Shown here in pieces: positions 24,385 to 34,338 of a stretch of 64,000 bases of DNA. Numbering within the stretch: position 1 is the first letter of the stretch; each line of letters begins with the position of its first letter. Position numbers and translations under genes: made by a program. Source of the stretch: an uncultured Actinomycetota bacterium (GTDB lineage Bacteria; Actinomycetota; Actinomycetes; Actinomycetales; CAWJMD01); contig CAWGTL010000014.1 of the NCBI GenBank assembly GCA_963825505.1, forward strand, positions 209,944 to 273,943, read 5' to 3'. A model generated the notes under the pieces. That model ran no database searches. It was not told where the DNA came from and saw only the letters and a list, made by a program, of their open reading frames with translations.

Positions 24385-26100
24385 ATGTCCACCACCACCG
24401 GCCGCGCCGCACCCGGCCGTCCCACGTCCGAACGGCCGACCCGGTCACGCTCGCACGGGCAGTGGAAGGTCGACGGGCAGGAGCCGCTGAACCCCAACGA
24501 GGTGTTCAAGGCCGAGGACAACGGCCTGAACGTGCGCGAGCGGGTCGAGAACGTCTACAGCCGTGAGGGTTTCGCGTCAATCAGCGCGGACGACCTGCAC
24601 GGACGGCTGCGCTGGTGGGGGCTCTACACCCAGCGCCGCCCCGGCATCGACGGTGGCCGCACCGCCCAGCTCGAGGCGCACGAGCTCGAGGACGAGTACT
24701 TCATGCTCCGCGTGCGGATCGACGGCGGCGCGCTGACCACCGAGCAGCTGCGGGTGGTCGCCGACGTCTCGACCGAGCTCGCCCGCGACACCGCCGACAT
24801 CACCGACCGGCAGAACATCCAGCTGCACTGGGTGCGGATCGAGGACGTGCCCGAGATCTGGCGCCGGCTCGAGGCCGTCGGGCTCCAGACCACCGAGGCC
24901 TGCGGCGACGTCCCGCGGGTGATCCTCGGGTCACCGCTGGCCGGCGTCGCGGCGGACGAGATCATCGACCCCACACCGACGATCGCCGAGATCACCGAGC
25001 GCTTCATCGGACGCCCCGACCTCGCCAACCTCCCGCGCAAGTTCAAGTCCGCCATCACCGGGCACCCGAGCCTCGACGTCGTCCACGAGATCAACGACAT
25101 CTCCCTTGTCGGCGTGGTGCACCCGGAGCACGGCGTCGGTTACGACCTCTGGGTCGGCGGCGGGCTCTCGACCAATCCGCGGCTCGCCGAGCGGCTCGGC
25201 GCGTTCGTGCGGCCGGACCAGGCGGCCGACGTGTGGCACGCCGTCGTCCAGGTGTTCCGCGACTACGGGTACCGGCGGCTGCGCAACAAGGCGCGGCTGA
25301 AGTTCCTGCTCGCGGACTGGGGCCCGGAGAAGTTCCGGCAGGTCCTGCAGGACGAGTACCTGGGTTACGCGCTCGCGGACGGGCCCGCCCCCGCCACACC
25401 GACCGGCCCCGGCGACCACGTCGGCGTGCACGAGCAGAAGGACGGACGGCGGTACGTGGGCGCCGCGCCGACCGTCGGCCGGGTCAGCGGGTCGGTCCTG
25501 CGTGCCGTGGCCGATCTCGCCGAAGCCGCCGGCTCGCAACGCATCGCGCTCACGCCGCACCAGAAGCTGGTGGTGCTCGACGTCGACCCCGCGCACGTCG
25601 ACAGCCTGGTGGCCGGCCTCGACGACGTGGGCCTCACCACCACCCCGAGCCCCTTCCGGCGCGCGACGATGGCCTGCACCGGCATCGAGTACTGCAAGCT
25701 CGCGATCGTCGAGACCAAGGCGGCCGCAGCCACCGCGATCGGCGAGCTCGAGCGCCGGCTGGCGGACGTCGCGCTGACGACACCGATCACGTTGAACGTC
25801 AACGGTTGTCCGAACTCCTGCGCGCGCATCCAGACCGCCGACATCGGGCTCAAGGGCCAGCTCATCCCCGGCCCGGACGGCGACCCGGTGCCCGGGTTCC
25901 AGGTGCACCTCGGCGGTCGGCTGGCGTCGGTCGAGGACGGCGAGGCCGGGCTCGGCCGCACCGTCCGCGGCCTCAAGGTCACCGCGGACGACCTGCCCGA
26001 CTACGTGGAGCGCGTGGTGCGCCGGTGGACCGCCGACCGCGACGCGGACGAGACCTTCGCCCGGTGGGCGCACCGGGCCGACGAGGAGGCGCTGACATGA
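24385..26100 (+). CDS. sirA: Ferredoxin-dependent sulfite reductase (NirA/SirA family)
   Basis: The 571-aa product has nitrite/sulfite reductase repeats and the siroheme-[4Fe-4S] Cys motif ...ACTGIEYCKLA...VNGCPNSCAR. Confidence 0.85.
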   Translation: MSTTTGRAAPGRPTSERPTRSRSHGQWKVDGQEPLNPNEVFKAEDNGLNVRERVENVYSREGFASISADDLHGRLRWWGLYTQRRPGIDGGRTAQLEAHELEDEYFMLRVRIDGGALTTEQLRVVADVSTELARDTADITDRQNIQLHWVRIEDVPEIWRRLEAVGLQTTEACGDVPRVILGSPLAGVAADEIIDPTPTIAEITERFIGRPDLANLPRKFKSAITGHPSLDVVHEINDISLVGVVHPEHGVGYDLWVGGGLSTNPRLAERLGAFVRPDQAADVWHAVVQVFRDYGYRRLRNKARLKFLLADWGPEKFRQVLQDEYLGYALADGPAPATPTGPGDHVGVHEQKDGRRYVGAAPTVGRVSGSVLRAVADLAEAAGSQRIALTPHQKLVVLDVDPAHVDSLVAGLDDVGLTTTPSPFRRATMACTGIEYCKLAIVETKAAAATAIGELERRLADVALTTPITLNVNGCPNSCARIQTADIGLKGQLIPGPDGDPVPGFQVHLGGRLASVEDGEAGLGRTVRGLKVTADDLPDYVERVVRRWTADRDADETFARWAHRADEEALT

Positions 26101-26816
26101 CCGGAACCGTCGCCGAGACGCGGCTGCGGCCCGTCGCCGAGCTGCGCGCGCTCGCCCAGGAGGGTGGCCGCACGCTCGAGGGCGCACCTGCCGAGAAGGT
26201 GGTCGAGTGGGCCGTCGAGCAGTTCGGACCGCGGTTGGCGGTCGCCTGCAGCATGACCGAGGCCGTTCTGCCGCACATGGTGTCGAAGGTGCTGCCAGGC
26301 GTCGAGGTGCTCTTCATCGACACCGGGTACCACTTCCCCGAGACCATCGCGACGCGCGACGAGGTGGCCCGGCGGCTGCCGCTCACCGTCGTCGACGTCA
26401 CGCCGCGGCGCACCGTGCCGGAGCAGGACGCGGAGTTCGGCGACCGGATGCACAGCTGGGACCCCGTGCAGTGCTGCGAGATGCGCAAGGTGGCACCTCT
26501 GAAGCAGGCGCTCACCCGGTACGAGGCGTGGGCCACCGGGCTGCGCCGCGAGGACGCGCCGACGCGGCGCGAGACCTCCACCGTCCACTGGGACGCCAAG
26601 AACGCCCTGGTGAAGGTGAACCCGCTGGTGGCCTGGACGCAGCAGGACCTCGAGGCGTACGTGTGGGACAACGACGTGCCGCTGAACCCGCTTCTCGCGC
26701 AGGGCTACCCGTCGATCGGGTGCGCGCCGTGCACCCGGAGCGTCGGCAACGGCGAGGACGCGCGCTCGGGCCGCTGGGTCGGCTTCGACAAGAACGAGTG
26801 CGGGATCCACATCTGA
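26097..26816 (+). CDS. cysH: Adenylylsulfate/PAPS reductase, Fe-S type
   Basis: ATGA overlaps the sirA stop. The product contains ...FIDTGYHFPET..., QCCEMRKVAPL and GCAPCT...ECGIH. The CC...CxxC cluster motif is that of APS reductases. Confidence 0.85.
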   Translation: MTGTVAETRLRPVAELRALAQEGGRTLEGAPAEKVVEWAVEQFGPRLAVACSMTEAVLPHMVSKVLPGVEVLFIDTGYHFPETIATRDEVARRLPLTVVDVTPRRTVPEQDAEFGDRMHSWDPVQCCEMRKVAPLKQALTRYEAWATGLRREDAPTRRETSTVHWDAKNALVKVNPLVAWTQQDLEAYVWDNDVPLNPLLAQGYPSIGCAPCTRSVGNGEDARSGRWVGFDKNECGIHI

Positions 26817-28033
26817 TGAGCGCCTACCCGTTGCTGCTCGAACTCGCCGGCCGCCAGGTCGTCGTCGTGGGCGGTGGCCCGGTGGCGGCCCGCCGGGTCC
26901 GTGGCCTGGTCGGTGCCGGCGCCCGCGTCAGCGTCGTCGCGCCGTGGGTGTGCGAGGCGGTGAGCGAGCTGGTCGCCGCGGGGACGGTCGGCTGGCTGCC
27001 ACGCGACTACGCCGGGGCGGGCGACCTCGACGGCAGCTGGCTGGTCCACACGGCCACCGGCGACCCGGCGACCGACGCGGCGGTGCGCGCCGACGCCGAG
27101 GCCCTGCGGGTGCTCTGCGTCGACGCCGGGCAGGGCGCAGCAGGCACCGCGCAGGTGCCGGCCGTCGCCCGCGTCAGCACACCCGACGGCCCGGTCACCG
27201 TCGCCGTCAACGGCCACGGCGACCCGCGCCGCGCCCAGGCCGTCCGCGACGCCGTCCGCACCGGCCTGACCGACGGCTCCCTCCCGCTGCGGTCGCGCCG
27301 GCCCCGGCGCGGCACCGGCTGGGTGGCGCTCGTCGGAGGCGGTCCCGGTCCCACCGACCTGCTCACCACCCGCGGCCGCACGCTGCTCGCCGCCGCCGAC
27401 GTCGTGGTCGTCGACCGCCTCGGCGCGCGCGGCGTGCTCGACGAGCTGGAGCCCGACGTGGTCGTCGTCGACGTCGGCAAGACCTCCGGCCACCACCCGT
27501 GGCCGCAGCACGAGATCGAGGCCGAGCTGGTGCGGCACGCCCTCGCGGGCCGAGGTGTCGTGCGGCTCAAGGGCGGCGACCCGTACGTGCTCGGCCGCGG
27601 CGGCGAGGAGCTGCAGGCGTGCGAGGCAGCCGGCGTCCCCGTCGAGGTCGTGCCGGGCGTCACCAGCGCGGTGTCGGTGCCGGCGGCCGCGGGCATCCCG
27701 GTGACCCACCGCGGTCTGGCCCGCGGGTTCTCCGTCGTCACCGGGCACGACGACCTCGGCGAGCTGCCCAGCGCGCGAGACCACACCCTGGTGCTGCTGA
27801 TGGCCGTCACGAACCTGCCGGCCACCACCGCGCGGCTGGTCGACGCCGGCCGCGACCCCGGCACGCCGGTCGCGGTCGTCGAGGACGGTTACGGCACCGG
27901 CCAGCGGGTCACCGTCGGCCGGCTCGACCAGATCGCCGCTCGCGCCGCCGAGGTGGGCGTCCGCGCCCCGGCCGTCGTGGTCGTCGGCGACGTCGTCACC
28001 CTCTCCCCGCACTGGTCCCCGCTGGCCTCGTGA
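26816..28033 (+). CDS. cysG: Siroheme synthase: N-terminal precorrin-2 dehydrogenase/ferrochelatase-like domain plus uroporphyrinogen-III C-methyltransferase
   Basis: TGATG overlaps the cysH stop. The product contains VVVVGGGPVAARR (Rossmann), then VALVGGGPGPTDLLT...VRLKGGDPYVLGRGGEE...VPGVTSAV, a SUMT signature. Confidence 0.8.
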   Translation: MSAYPLLLELAGRQVVVVGGGPVAARRVRGLVGAGARVSVVAPWVCEAVSELVAAGTVGWLPRDYAGAGDLDGSWLVHTATGDPATDAAVRADAEALRVLCVDAGQGAAGTAQVPAVARVSTPDGPVTVAVNGHGDPRRAQAVRDAVRTGLTDGSLPLRSRRPRRGTGWVALVGGGPGPTDLLTTRGRTLLAAADVVVVDRLGARGVLDELEPDVVVVDVGKTSGHHPWPQHEIEAELVRHALAGRGVVRLKGGDPYVLGRGGEELQACEAAGVPVEVVPGVTSAVSVPAAAGIPVTHRGLARGFSVVTGHDDLGELPSARDHTLVLLMAVTNLPATTARLVDAGRDPGTPVAVVEDGYGTGQRVTVGRLDQIAARAAEVGVRAPAVVVVGDVVTLSPHWSPLAS

Positions 28034-28080
28034 ACGTTGCGGCCACCACGTTCACTTGGCCTGCGAGCCTCGCGAGGTAG

Positions 28081-28500
28081 GTGCTCGCCCCGCCAGGACG
28101 GCGGCGGCACACTGGGACCGTGACCGACCGCCCACCCCTGACCGCCGCCGCGTCGTCGGCCGCCGCGCTGCTGGTGCTGGTGGCGCTGCCCGCGCTGTGG
28201 GCGTCGGTCTCCTGGTTCACGGGGCGGCCCGGTCCGGGCGGTCTGCTGGCCACCCTGGTGCTGATGGACGGGCTGCTGCTGCTCGCTGCCGGCGTCCAGA
28301 CCTGGTGGCGGCCGGCGTCCTGGTGGCCGTGGGCCACCGCCGGCGGGCTGCTGCTCGGCGCGCTGCAGTGGGTGGTCGAGCTGGTCGCGGGGACGCCGTC
28401 GACGTGGCTGGTCAGCGTCGTCTGCGCCGTGGTCCTGGTGTGGTTCGCGCTCGACCGGGCGCCCCGCACCGCGGGAACGGCCGACGCGGCGTCGACCTAG
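28081..28500 (+). CDS. Hypothetical membrane protein (about 4 TM segments, Trp-rich)
   Basis: The hydrophobic segments include AALLVLVALPALWASVSWF, LLATLVLMDGLLLLAAGV, WWPWATAGGLLLGAL and LVSVVCAVVLVWFAL. I recognise no family. Confidence 0.45.
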   Translation: MLAPPGRRRHTGTVTDRPPLTAAASSAAALLVLVALPALWASVSWFTGRPGPGGLLATLVLMDGLLLLAAGVQTWWRPASWWPWATAGGLLLGALQWVVELVAGTPSTWLVSVVCAVVLVWFALDRAPRTAGTADAAST

Positions 28501-29375
28501 AGACGCAGCCGCTCGTCCAGGTACGCCCGGGTGCGGCGCCACACCTCGCTGGCCGGGTCGAGGTGCTCGAAGTGGCCCTCGCCGGGCACCACCTCCAGCA
28601 CGACGTCGTCGCCTGCCGCCCGGGCCGCCACCGCGTACTCCTCGCTGACGCGCGCGGGCACCTTGTCGTCGGCGGCACCGGTCACCATCAGCGTCGGGAC
28701 GCCGAGCGGCAGCATCGCGGCAGGGGAGGTGCGGGCGAGCAGGTCGGCAGGCAGCGGCCGGTCGGCGGGCTCGCCGAGGAAGGCCGCCGCGGCGTCCCCA
28801 CCGAGGTGCAGCTCGTGCGAGAGCGCGAGGTCGGCCACGCCGGCCTGGCTCACCACCACCGCCGGCCGCAGCCGCGGCGACGCCCCCGGTGCGTCGGAGG
28901 GAAGCCGCGACCGTCCCGCGGCCCAGAGCGCGAGGTGCCCACCGGCCGAGTGCCCGACGAGCGCCACCCGCTCGAGGTCGAGCCCAGGTCCGGCCGCCGC
29001 GTCGACCAGGGCGTCGCACCCGGCCGCGACGTCCTCGAAGGTGGTGGGGAAGCCGCCGCCGTTGCCGACCGAGCGGTAGTCGAGGTTCCACACCGCGTAC
29101 CCGCCGGCCACCAGGTCGGCGGCGACGTCGACCTCGAGCGAGCGGTCGTAGTCGGAGTACCAGAACCCGCCGTGGATCAGCACGACCACCGCGGCCCCCT
29201 GCGGCTGCGCCGGCAGGTAGAGGTCGGCCACCTGGATCGCGGCGTCGCCGTACGGGTGGGGCTCGGGCACGTCGGCCTCCGGGGCGTCGGGGTCGGGCCG
29301 GGCCGCGGCGCCGCAGCCGGCCAGCAGCGCCGACGCCGCGGCACCGAGGAGCAGGTGCCGTCGGGTCGTGGTCAC
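28497..29375 (-). CDS. Secreted lipoprotein alpha/beta hydrolase (esterase)
   Basis: From the GTG at 29375: VTTTRRHLLLGAAASALLAGCGAA (RR signal plus lipobox) ...VVLIHGGFW...LVGHSAGGHLA (GxSxG motif). Confidence 0.75.
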   Translation of the reverse strand: MTTTRRHLLLGAAASALLAGCGAAARPDPDAPEADVPEPHPYGDAAIQVADLYLPAQPQGAAVVVLIHGGFWYSDYDRSLEVDVAADLVAGGYAVWNLDYRSVGNGGGFPTTFEDVAAGCDALVDAAAGPGLDLERVALVGHSAGGHLALWAAGRSRLPSDAPGASPRLRPAVVVSQAGVADLALSHELHLGGDAAAAFLGEPADRPLPADLLARTSPAAMLPLGVPTLMVTGAADDKVPARVSEEYAVAARAAGDDVVLEVVPGEGHFEHLDPASEVWRRTRAYLDERLRL

Positions 29376-29422
29376 GCCGGTGGTTCGGAGCCCGTCACCG
29401 TGCAGACCGGTCGGGACAGAGC

Positions 29423-29914
29423 TCAGCGGTAGTTGACGAACTGCAGCGCGACGTCGAGGTCGGCCGCCTTGAGCAGCGCGATGACCGACTGCAGGTCGTC
29501 GCGGCTCTTGGCGCTGACCCGCAGCTCGTCGCCCTGGATCTGCGCCTTGACGCCCTTGGGGGCCTCGTCCCGGATCAGCTTGGAGATCTTCTTGGCGTTG
29601 TCCTGGTCCAGCCCCTCCTTGAGCGAGGAGACCTGGCGGTACTCCTTGCCGGAGGACTGGGTGTCGCCGGTGTCGAGCACCTTGAGCGAGACGCCGCGCT
29701 TGACCAGCTTGGTCTGCAGGACGTCGAGGACCGCCATCACGCGCTCCTCGGAGTTGGCGGTGATGACGATGTTCTCGCCGCTCCACGCCACCGAGGCGCC
29801 GGTGTTCTTGAAGTCGTAGCGCTGGGCGACCTCCTTGGCGGCCTGGTTGAGCGCGTTGTCGACCTCCTGGCGGTCGATCTTGCTGACGACGTCGAACGAG
29901 GAGTCGTTGGCCAC
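29423..29914 (-). CDS. yajQ: YajQ family nucleotide / cyclic-di-GMP-binding protein
   Basis: From the GTG at 29914: [38 protein letters not shown]...[20 protein letters not shown].... Confidence 0.85.
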   Translation of the reverse strand: MANDSSFDVVSKIDRQEVDNALNQAAKEVAQRYDFKNTGASVAWSGENIVITANSEERVMAVLDVLQTKLVKRGVSLKVLDTGDTQSSGKEYRQVSSLKEGLDQDNAKKISKLIRDEAPKGVKAQIQGDELRVSAKSRDDLQSVIALLKAADLDVALQFVNYR

Positions 29915-30028
29915 GGTGGGCTCCCTTCGGGGGCGGGTCGCGGGTCGGCGCGGACACCTGGTGGGGTGCGCGGGCGGCCCGCCGTCCTTGCTATCCTTCC
30001 ATCCGCCCGCCTGACGGCGTGCACGCAC

Positions 30029-30110
30029 GGCAGCTTGCCCGAGTGGCCAATGGGAGCGGACTGTAAATCCGTCGGCTTAGCCTTCGTTGGTTCGAATCCA
30101 ACAGCTGCCA
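30029..30110 (+). tRNA. tRNA-Tyr (GTA)
   Basis: Hand fold: GGCAGCT TG CCCG AGTGGCCAAT GGGA G CGGAC TGTAAAT CCGTC GGCTTAGCCTTC GTTGG TTCGAAT CCAAC AGCTGCC A. It has the class II long variable arm. Confidence 0.9.
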
Positions 30111-30187
30111 CGCACGAAGAGGGGCGCCCCGCGAGACCGCGGGGCGCCCCTCTCACGTCGTGCGGAGGTGCTGGGTGGTGCCGAGGA

Positions 30188-31219
30188 TCACTCCTCGAAC
30201 ATCGACACCTCGGACACCTCGAAGGTCGCGCCCTGCACGGCCTCGGCGTCGATCACGAAGTTGAACGCGTCGACCGTCACGGTCTCGCCCGGCTGGATCG
30301 GGTCGGAGAAGATGAAGTCGCTGTCGACCTCGGAGCCGCCGGACACCGCCGACAGGCTGACCTGGAAGCTGGCCGCGACGTCGCCCTTGTTGGTGAGGGT
30401 GACCGGGAGGTTGGTGTCGGGGAAGTCCGGGTCGCCGGTGACCTCGAAGGTGCCGAACTCGACGTCCAGGCTGTCGGCGAGGATCGCGTCCTTGTCGTCG
30501 GAGAAGCCGAAGCCGCCGTCCTCGGAGATGCTGGCCTCGATCGACCCGAGCGACTCGTTGAACTCGTCGGAGGCGCTGTTGAGCGCCATCACGACGAAGA
30601 TCGTGACCAGGATCGAGACGATGATCGCCACGGCGCCGAGCACCGCACCGATGATCGCCATGCCCTTGCCGCCCGCGCGGCCCTTGTTGGCCTGGACCAT
30701 GCCGATGATGCCGAGCACGATCGCGACCAGGCCGAGGAACGCGAAGAACCAGCCGACGAACGGGATCCACGAGCCGAGCAGCGCGACGATGCCGACGACG
30801 AGCGCGCCGATCGCCAGGCCCTTGCCCGGGCCCGTGGCGCCCTGCTGGGCGTAGTTGCCGTAGCCCGCCTGCGGGTAGCCGCCCTGCTGGCCGTACTGGC
30901 CCGGCTGCTGGCCGTAGCCCTGCTGCGCGCCGTAGGCGGCGGTGGCGCCGGCGGCCGCGTACTGACCCTGGTCCTGCTGCTGGCCGTACTGGCCCTGGTC
31001 GGCGGGCTGGCCGTAGGCCGGCTGCTGCTCGGTCTGGCCGTACGCCTGCTGCTGGCCGTACTGACCCTGGTCGGCCGACTGCTCCTGCTTGGTGAACATG
31101 TCGGACTGCGGCGCTGCGGGCGCGGGGTCCTGGCCGTAGGTGGGCGCCGCGTAGGACGGCTGCTCGCCGCCGGGCTGCGCCGGGTCCTGCGGCTGCTGAG
31201 GCGTGTTCGGATCGGTCAT
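30188..31219 (-). CDS. DUF4190-like membrane protein with a Gln/Gly/Tyr-rich N-terminal low-complexity region
   Basis: From the ATG at 31219: MTDPNTPQQPQDPAQPGG...QGQYGQQQAYGQTEQQPAYGQ.... Two TM helices follow (GLAIGALVVGIVALLGSWIPFVGWFFAFLGLVAIVLGIIG...), then an acidic beta-rich extracellular domain. Confidence 0.7.
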   Translation of the reverse strand: MTDPNTPQQPQDPAQPGGEQPSYAAPTYGQDPAPAAPQSDMFTKQEQSADQGQYGQQQAYGQTEQQPAYGQPADQGQYGQQQDQGQYAAAGATAAYGAQQGYGQQPGQYGQQGGYPQAGYGNYAQQGATGPGKGLAIGALVVGIVALLGSWIPFVGWFFAFLGLVAIVLGIIGMVQANKGRAGGKGMAIIGAVLGAVAIIVSILVTIFVVMALNSASDEFNESLGSIEASISEDGGFGFSDDKDAILADSLDVEFGTFEVTGDPDFPDTNLPVTLTNKGDVAASFQVSLSAVSGGSEVDSDFIFSDPIQPGETVTVDAFNFVIDAEAVQGATFEVSEVSMFEE

Positions 31220-31442
31220 GTCGGATCCCTCTCGAGGTGCACGTGGTGGTCGGCCCGGGTCGTTCCCCCCTGGAGGGGCTGTCGGCCGAGACGTCGGTGC
31301 TCCCCCTGGGGCGGACGACGTGCGTCCGCCGTGACACAGAGTAGGGCCAGCGGCCCTGCGATACCGGCGGCTGTCCACCGCCGCCGGGTCTCGATCCGAT
31401 TTCACCGGGTCCCGCGGCGCCATGTACCCTTGCCGTCGCACC

Positions 31443-31515
31443 GCCCCTTTAGCTCAGTCGGCAGAGCGTCTCCATGGTAAGGAGAAGGTCTACGGTTCGA
31501 TTCCGTAAAGGGGCT
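31443..31515 (+). tRNA. tRNA-Thr (GGT)
   Basis: GCCCCTT T AGCTC AGTCGGC AGAGC G TCTCC ATGGTAA GGAGA AGGTC TACGG TTCGATT CCGTA AAGGGGC T. Confidence 0.9.
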
Positions 31516-31559
31516 CTCGGACGCCGGCGCCCGCCCGTGAGGGCGGATGTCGCGGCCGC

Positions 31560-31632
31560 GGCGGGGTAGCTCAGTCGGTAGAGCAAGCGGCTCATAATCG
31601 CTGTGTCGCGGGTTCAAGTCCCGCTCCCGCTA
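31560..31632 (+). tRNA. tRNA-Met (CAT), elongator-like
   Basis: GGCGGGG TA GCTC AGTCGGTA GAGC A AGCGG CTCATAA TCGCT GTGTC GCGGG TTCAAGT CCCGC TCCCGCT A. Confidence 0.85.
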
Positions 31633-31745
31633 CCGCACCCGGGCTCACGGATTTCGCGTCCGTGCAGCACGGGCCGTACCCTGGTGCGCTGGTGCGCCAG
31701 CGCGCACACGACCGTAGAGACCTACCTGCGAGAGAAGGCTGTCCC

Positions 31746-31916
31746 GTGGCCAGCAAGAGCGCCGACGTCCGCCCCAAGATCACGCTGGCCTGCGTGGACT
31801 GCAAGGAGCGCAACTACATCACCAGGAAGAACCGGCGGAACAACCCCGACCGGCTCGAGATGAAGAAGTTCTGCCCCCGCGACGGCCGTCACACGGTCCA
31901 CCGCGAGACCCGCTGA
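31746..31916 (+). CDS. rpmG: 50S ribosomal protein L33
   Basis: From the GTG at 31746: [56 protein letters not shown]. Confidence 0.9.
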   Translation: MASKSADVRPKITLACVDCKERNYITRKNRRNNPDRLEMKKFCPRDGRHTVHRETR

Positions 31917-32028
31917 CCGTATCCGCCGACCCGTCCCGGGTCCGCCACCGGAGCCGTCCCCGTCCGTCGGGGGCGGCTCTCGTGCGTCACGGGGCGTGCC
32001 GGCGGGTCGCCGCAGTAGGTTGGCGGCC

Positions 32029-32487
32029 ATGGGCGTGAACGCGAGCTTCGTCGGACGGGTCTACCCGCCCGAGGGCGTGTACGAGGTCGGCCGGGAGAAG
32101 ATCCGCGAGTTCGCCGAGGCGGTCGCGGGCGAGGGAGCGGTGCACCCTGCGCACGTCGACCCGCAGGCGGCTCGCGATCTCGGCCACCCGGACGTGATCG
32201 CGCCGCCCACGTTCGCGGTGATCGTGGCCCAGCGCAGCGACGCCCGCCTGGTGCGCGACCCCGAGGCCGGCATCGACTTCAGCCGGGTGGTGCACGGGGA
32301 GCAGAAGTTCGTCCACCACCGGCCTGTGGTCGCTGGCGACCGCCTGGTGGCCACGCTGCACGTGGACTCGGTGCGCGGGGGCAACGGTGGCCACGCGATG
32401 GTCACCACCCGCAGCGAGATCGCCACCGAGGGCGGCGAGGCCGTCTGCACCGCGACCTCGACGATCGTCGTGCGGGGTGACTCGTGA
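32029..32487 (+). CDS. MaoC-like (3R)-hydroxyacyl dehydratase subunit, HadA-like
   Basis: MGVNASFVGRVYPPEGVYEVGREKIREFAEAV...PPTFAVIV...VVHGEQKF.... It sits downstream of rpmG, as hadA does in mycobacteria. Confidence 0.75.
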   Translation: MGVNASFVGRVYPPEGVYEVGREKIREFAEAVAGEGAVHPAHVDPQAARDLGHPDVIAPPTFAVIVAQRSDARLVRDPEAGIDFSRVVHGEQKFVHHRPVVAGDRLVATLHVDSVRGGNGGHAMVTTRSEIATEGGEAVCTATSTIVVRGDS

Positions 32488-32909
32488 GCCCGGCCCTGGA
32501 CGACCTCACCGTCGGCGACGAGGTGCTGCGCGCGTCGGTGCCGTTCGAGCGCGCCGACCTGGTGCGCTACGCCGGGGCCAGCGGCGACTTCAACGTCATC
32601 CACTGGAACGGACGGATCGCCCAGGAGGTCGGCCTGCCCGACGTCATCGCGCACGGGATGCTGACGATGGCGCGCGCGGTCGAGCCGGTCGTGGCCTGGT
32701 GCGGCGACCCGGGCGCGGTGGTCGAGTACGGCGTGCGGTTCACCAAGCCGGTGGTCGTCCCCGACCCGGGCCGTGCGGTGGTGGAGGTCGTCGGCGTGGT
32801 CGGCACGCTGGACCCCGAGGCCGGCACCGTCCGGGTCGACCTCACCGCCACCTGCGACGGCACGCAGGTGCTGGGCAAGGCCCGCGCGGTCGTCCGGCTG
32901 CGGGCCTGA
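32484..32909 (+). CDS. MaoC-like dehydratase subunit, HadB-like (catalytic hot-dog)
   Basis: ...YAGASGDFNVIHWNGRIAQEVGLPDVIAHGMLTMA... is a hydratase-2 D-x4-H motif. GTGA overlaps the upstream gene. Confidence 0.8.
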   Translation: MSPALDDLTVGDEVLRASVPFERADLVRYAGASGDFNVIHWNGRIAQEVGLPDVIAHGMLTMARAVEPVVAWCGDPGAVVEYGVRFTKPVVVPDPGRAVVEVVGVVGTLDPEAGTVRVDLTATCDGTQVLGKARAVVRLRA

Positions 32910-33002
32910 GACCGCTGCCCCCGGCGCAGCGCCCACTGCGCTAGGCGAACCACCACCTCGCTGGGCTCGCAAGCCACGTGAACGTGGTGGTCGCCACGTC
33001 CA

Positions 33003-34089
33003 CTAGGCCGACGATCGGGGGACGGGGCCGGTGGTGGCGCCCACCCGCAGCGTGGCGACCATCGAGACGTCGTCGACGGACTCGCCGGCGAGCAGCCGGT
33101 TGATCATCTCGCCGGCGAGGCGGCCCTTCTCGGCCCCGGGCTGCTCCACGGTGGTGAGCTCGGGCGCCCAGGGGATGGCGACGCCGTCGAAGCCGGTGAC
33201 GCTGAGGTCGCCGGGGACGTCGAGGCCGAGCGAGGCGGCCGCGGCGAGCACGCCGGCGGCGAGCACGTCGCTCTCGGCCAGCACGGCGGTCGGACGCACG
33301 GCGGGGTCGACGTCGAGCAGCGTGCGGGCGGCCTGCTCGCCGGCGGCGTGGGAGTTGGCGTCGACCTCGATCACCGGCACCGGGCCGAGCACGTCGCGCA
33401 CGCCGAGGGCGCGCTCGCGGGCCTCGGTGACGCGGGCGCCGTTCAACCGCTCCTCGCTCACCAGCCCCTGGGCGCCGTCGAGCTCGAGCGGGAAGGCGAT
33501 CACCGCGACCCGGGTGTGCCCGAGGTCACGCAGGTGCCGGGCGAGCCCGGCGGTGGCGGTGCGGTCGTCCACGAGCACGCGGGCGAGCCGCTCGTCCGGG
33601 GCCCCGCCCAGGCCGACCATCGGGACGCCGCGCGCGTGCAGGTGCGTGACGACCGGGTCGTCGGCGAGGCCGCAGCCGGCGATCACCACGCCGTCGAGGG
33701 CGGCGGTGGACATCCGGGCCACGCTGGATGCGTCGTGCGCCGGCCCCGTGCCGGCCGCCGGCGGTCGGGGGAGCAGCAGCATCGAGGACGCCGAGGCGTC
33801 GAGCGCGGCGGCGAGGCCGTCGAGCACGGCGGCCGAGTACGGGTCGCGGAAGGCGTAGAGCAGCCGCTCGGACAGCACCACCCCGACCACGCCGGTGCGG
33901 CCGCGGCGCAGCGAGCTGGCCAGCGGGTTCGGGCCGGACCAGCCCGAGCTCGGTGGCGGCGGCCAGCACCTTGTCGCGGGTGGCGTCGGTGACCGGCCGG
34001 GTGCCGCTGAACACGACCGACGCGGTCGACAGCGACACCCCGGCGAGGTCGGCGACCTGCTTGAGCGTGGCTTGACCGGACGGGCGCAT
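33003..34089 (-). pseudogene. LacI-family transcriptional regulator, frame broken by one extra base after the HTH domain
   Basis: The HTH (MRPSGQATLKQVADLAGVSLSTASVVFSGTRPVTDATRDKVLAAATELG) lies in the frame of ORF 33526..34089. The effector domain (WSGPNPLASSLRRGRTGVVGVVL... to the end) lies in the frame of ORF 33003..34331. The minus-strand junction is gag ctc ggg c tgg tcc (G-run at 33943-33945). Confidence 0.75.
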
Positions 34090-34102
34090 GGGAGCAGACT
34101 AG

Positions 34103-34128
34103 CGAATCGATTCGACCGAAACGATTCG
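34103..34128. promoter_or_regulatory. Two adjacent 12-bp palindromes, candidate LacI-type operators
   Basis: CGAATCGATTCG (34103-34114) is a perfect palindrome. CGAAACGATTCG (34117-34128) has one mismatch. They start 14 bp upstream of the lacI-like start, in the divergent lacI/MFS intergenic region. Confidence 0.55.
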
Positions 34129-34338
34129 ACGGTGCCGCGGCCCGTCGACGTGCACCGTCGTGGACGCCGCCGTGAAGGCCGTCCGCGCACCAGACAGGAG
34201 CACCAGTGGCAGCGCGAGACGGGGGCGCCGGCGTGCGACCCGCCGAGGGTCCGTCGGTCGAGGGCCCGGTCGAGGCCCGGCCGGGCGACCGGGCCGGTCG
34301 CGAGACCACGCCGCAGGTGCGCAGCGCCCACGTCGGCC

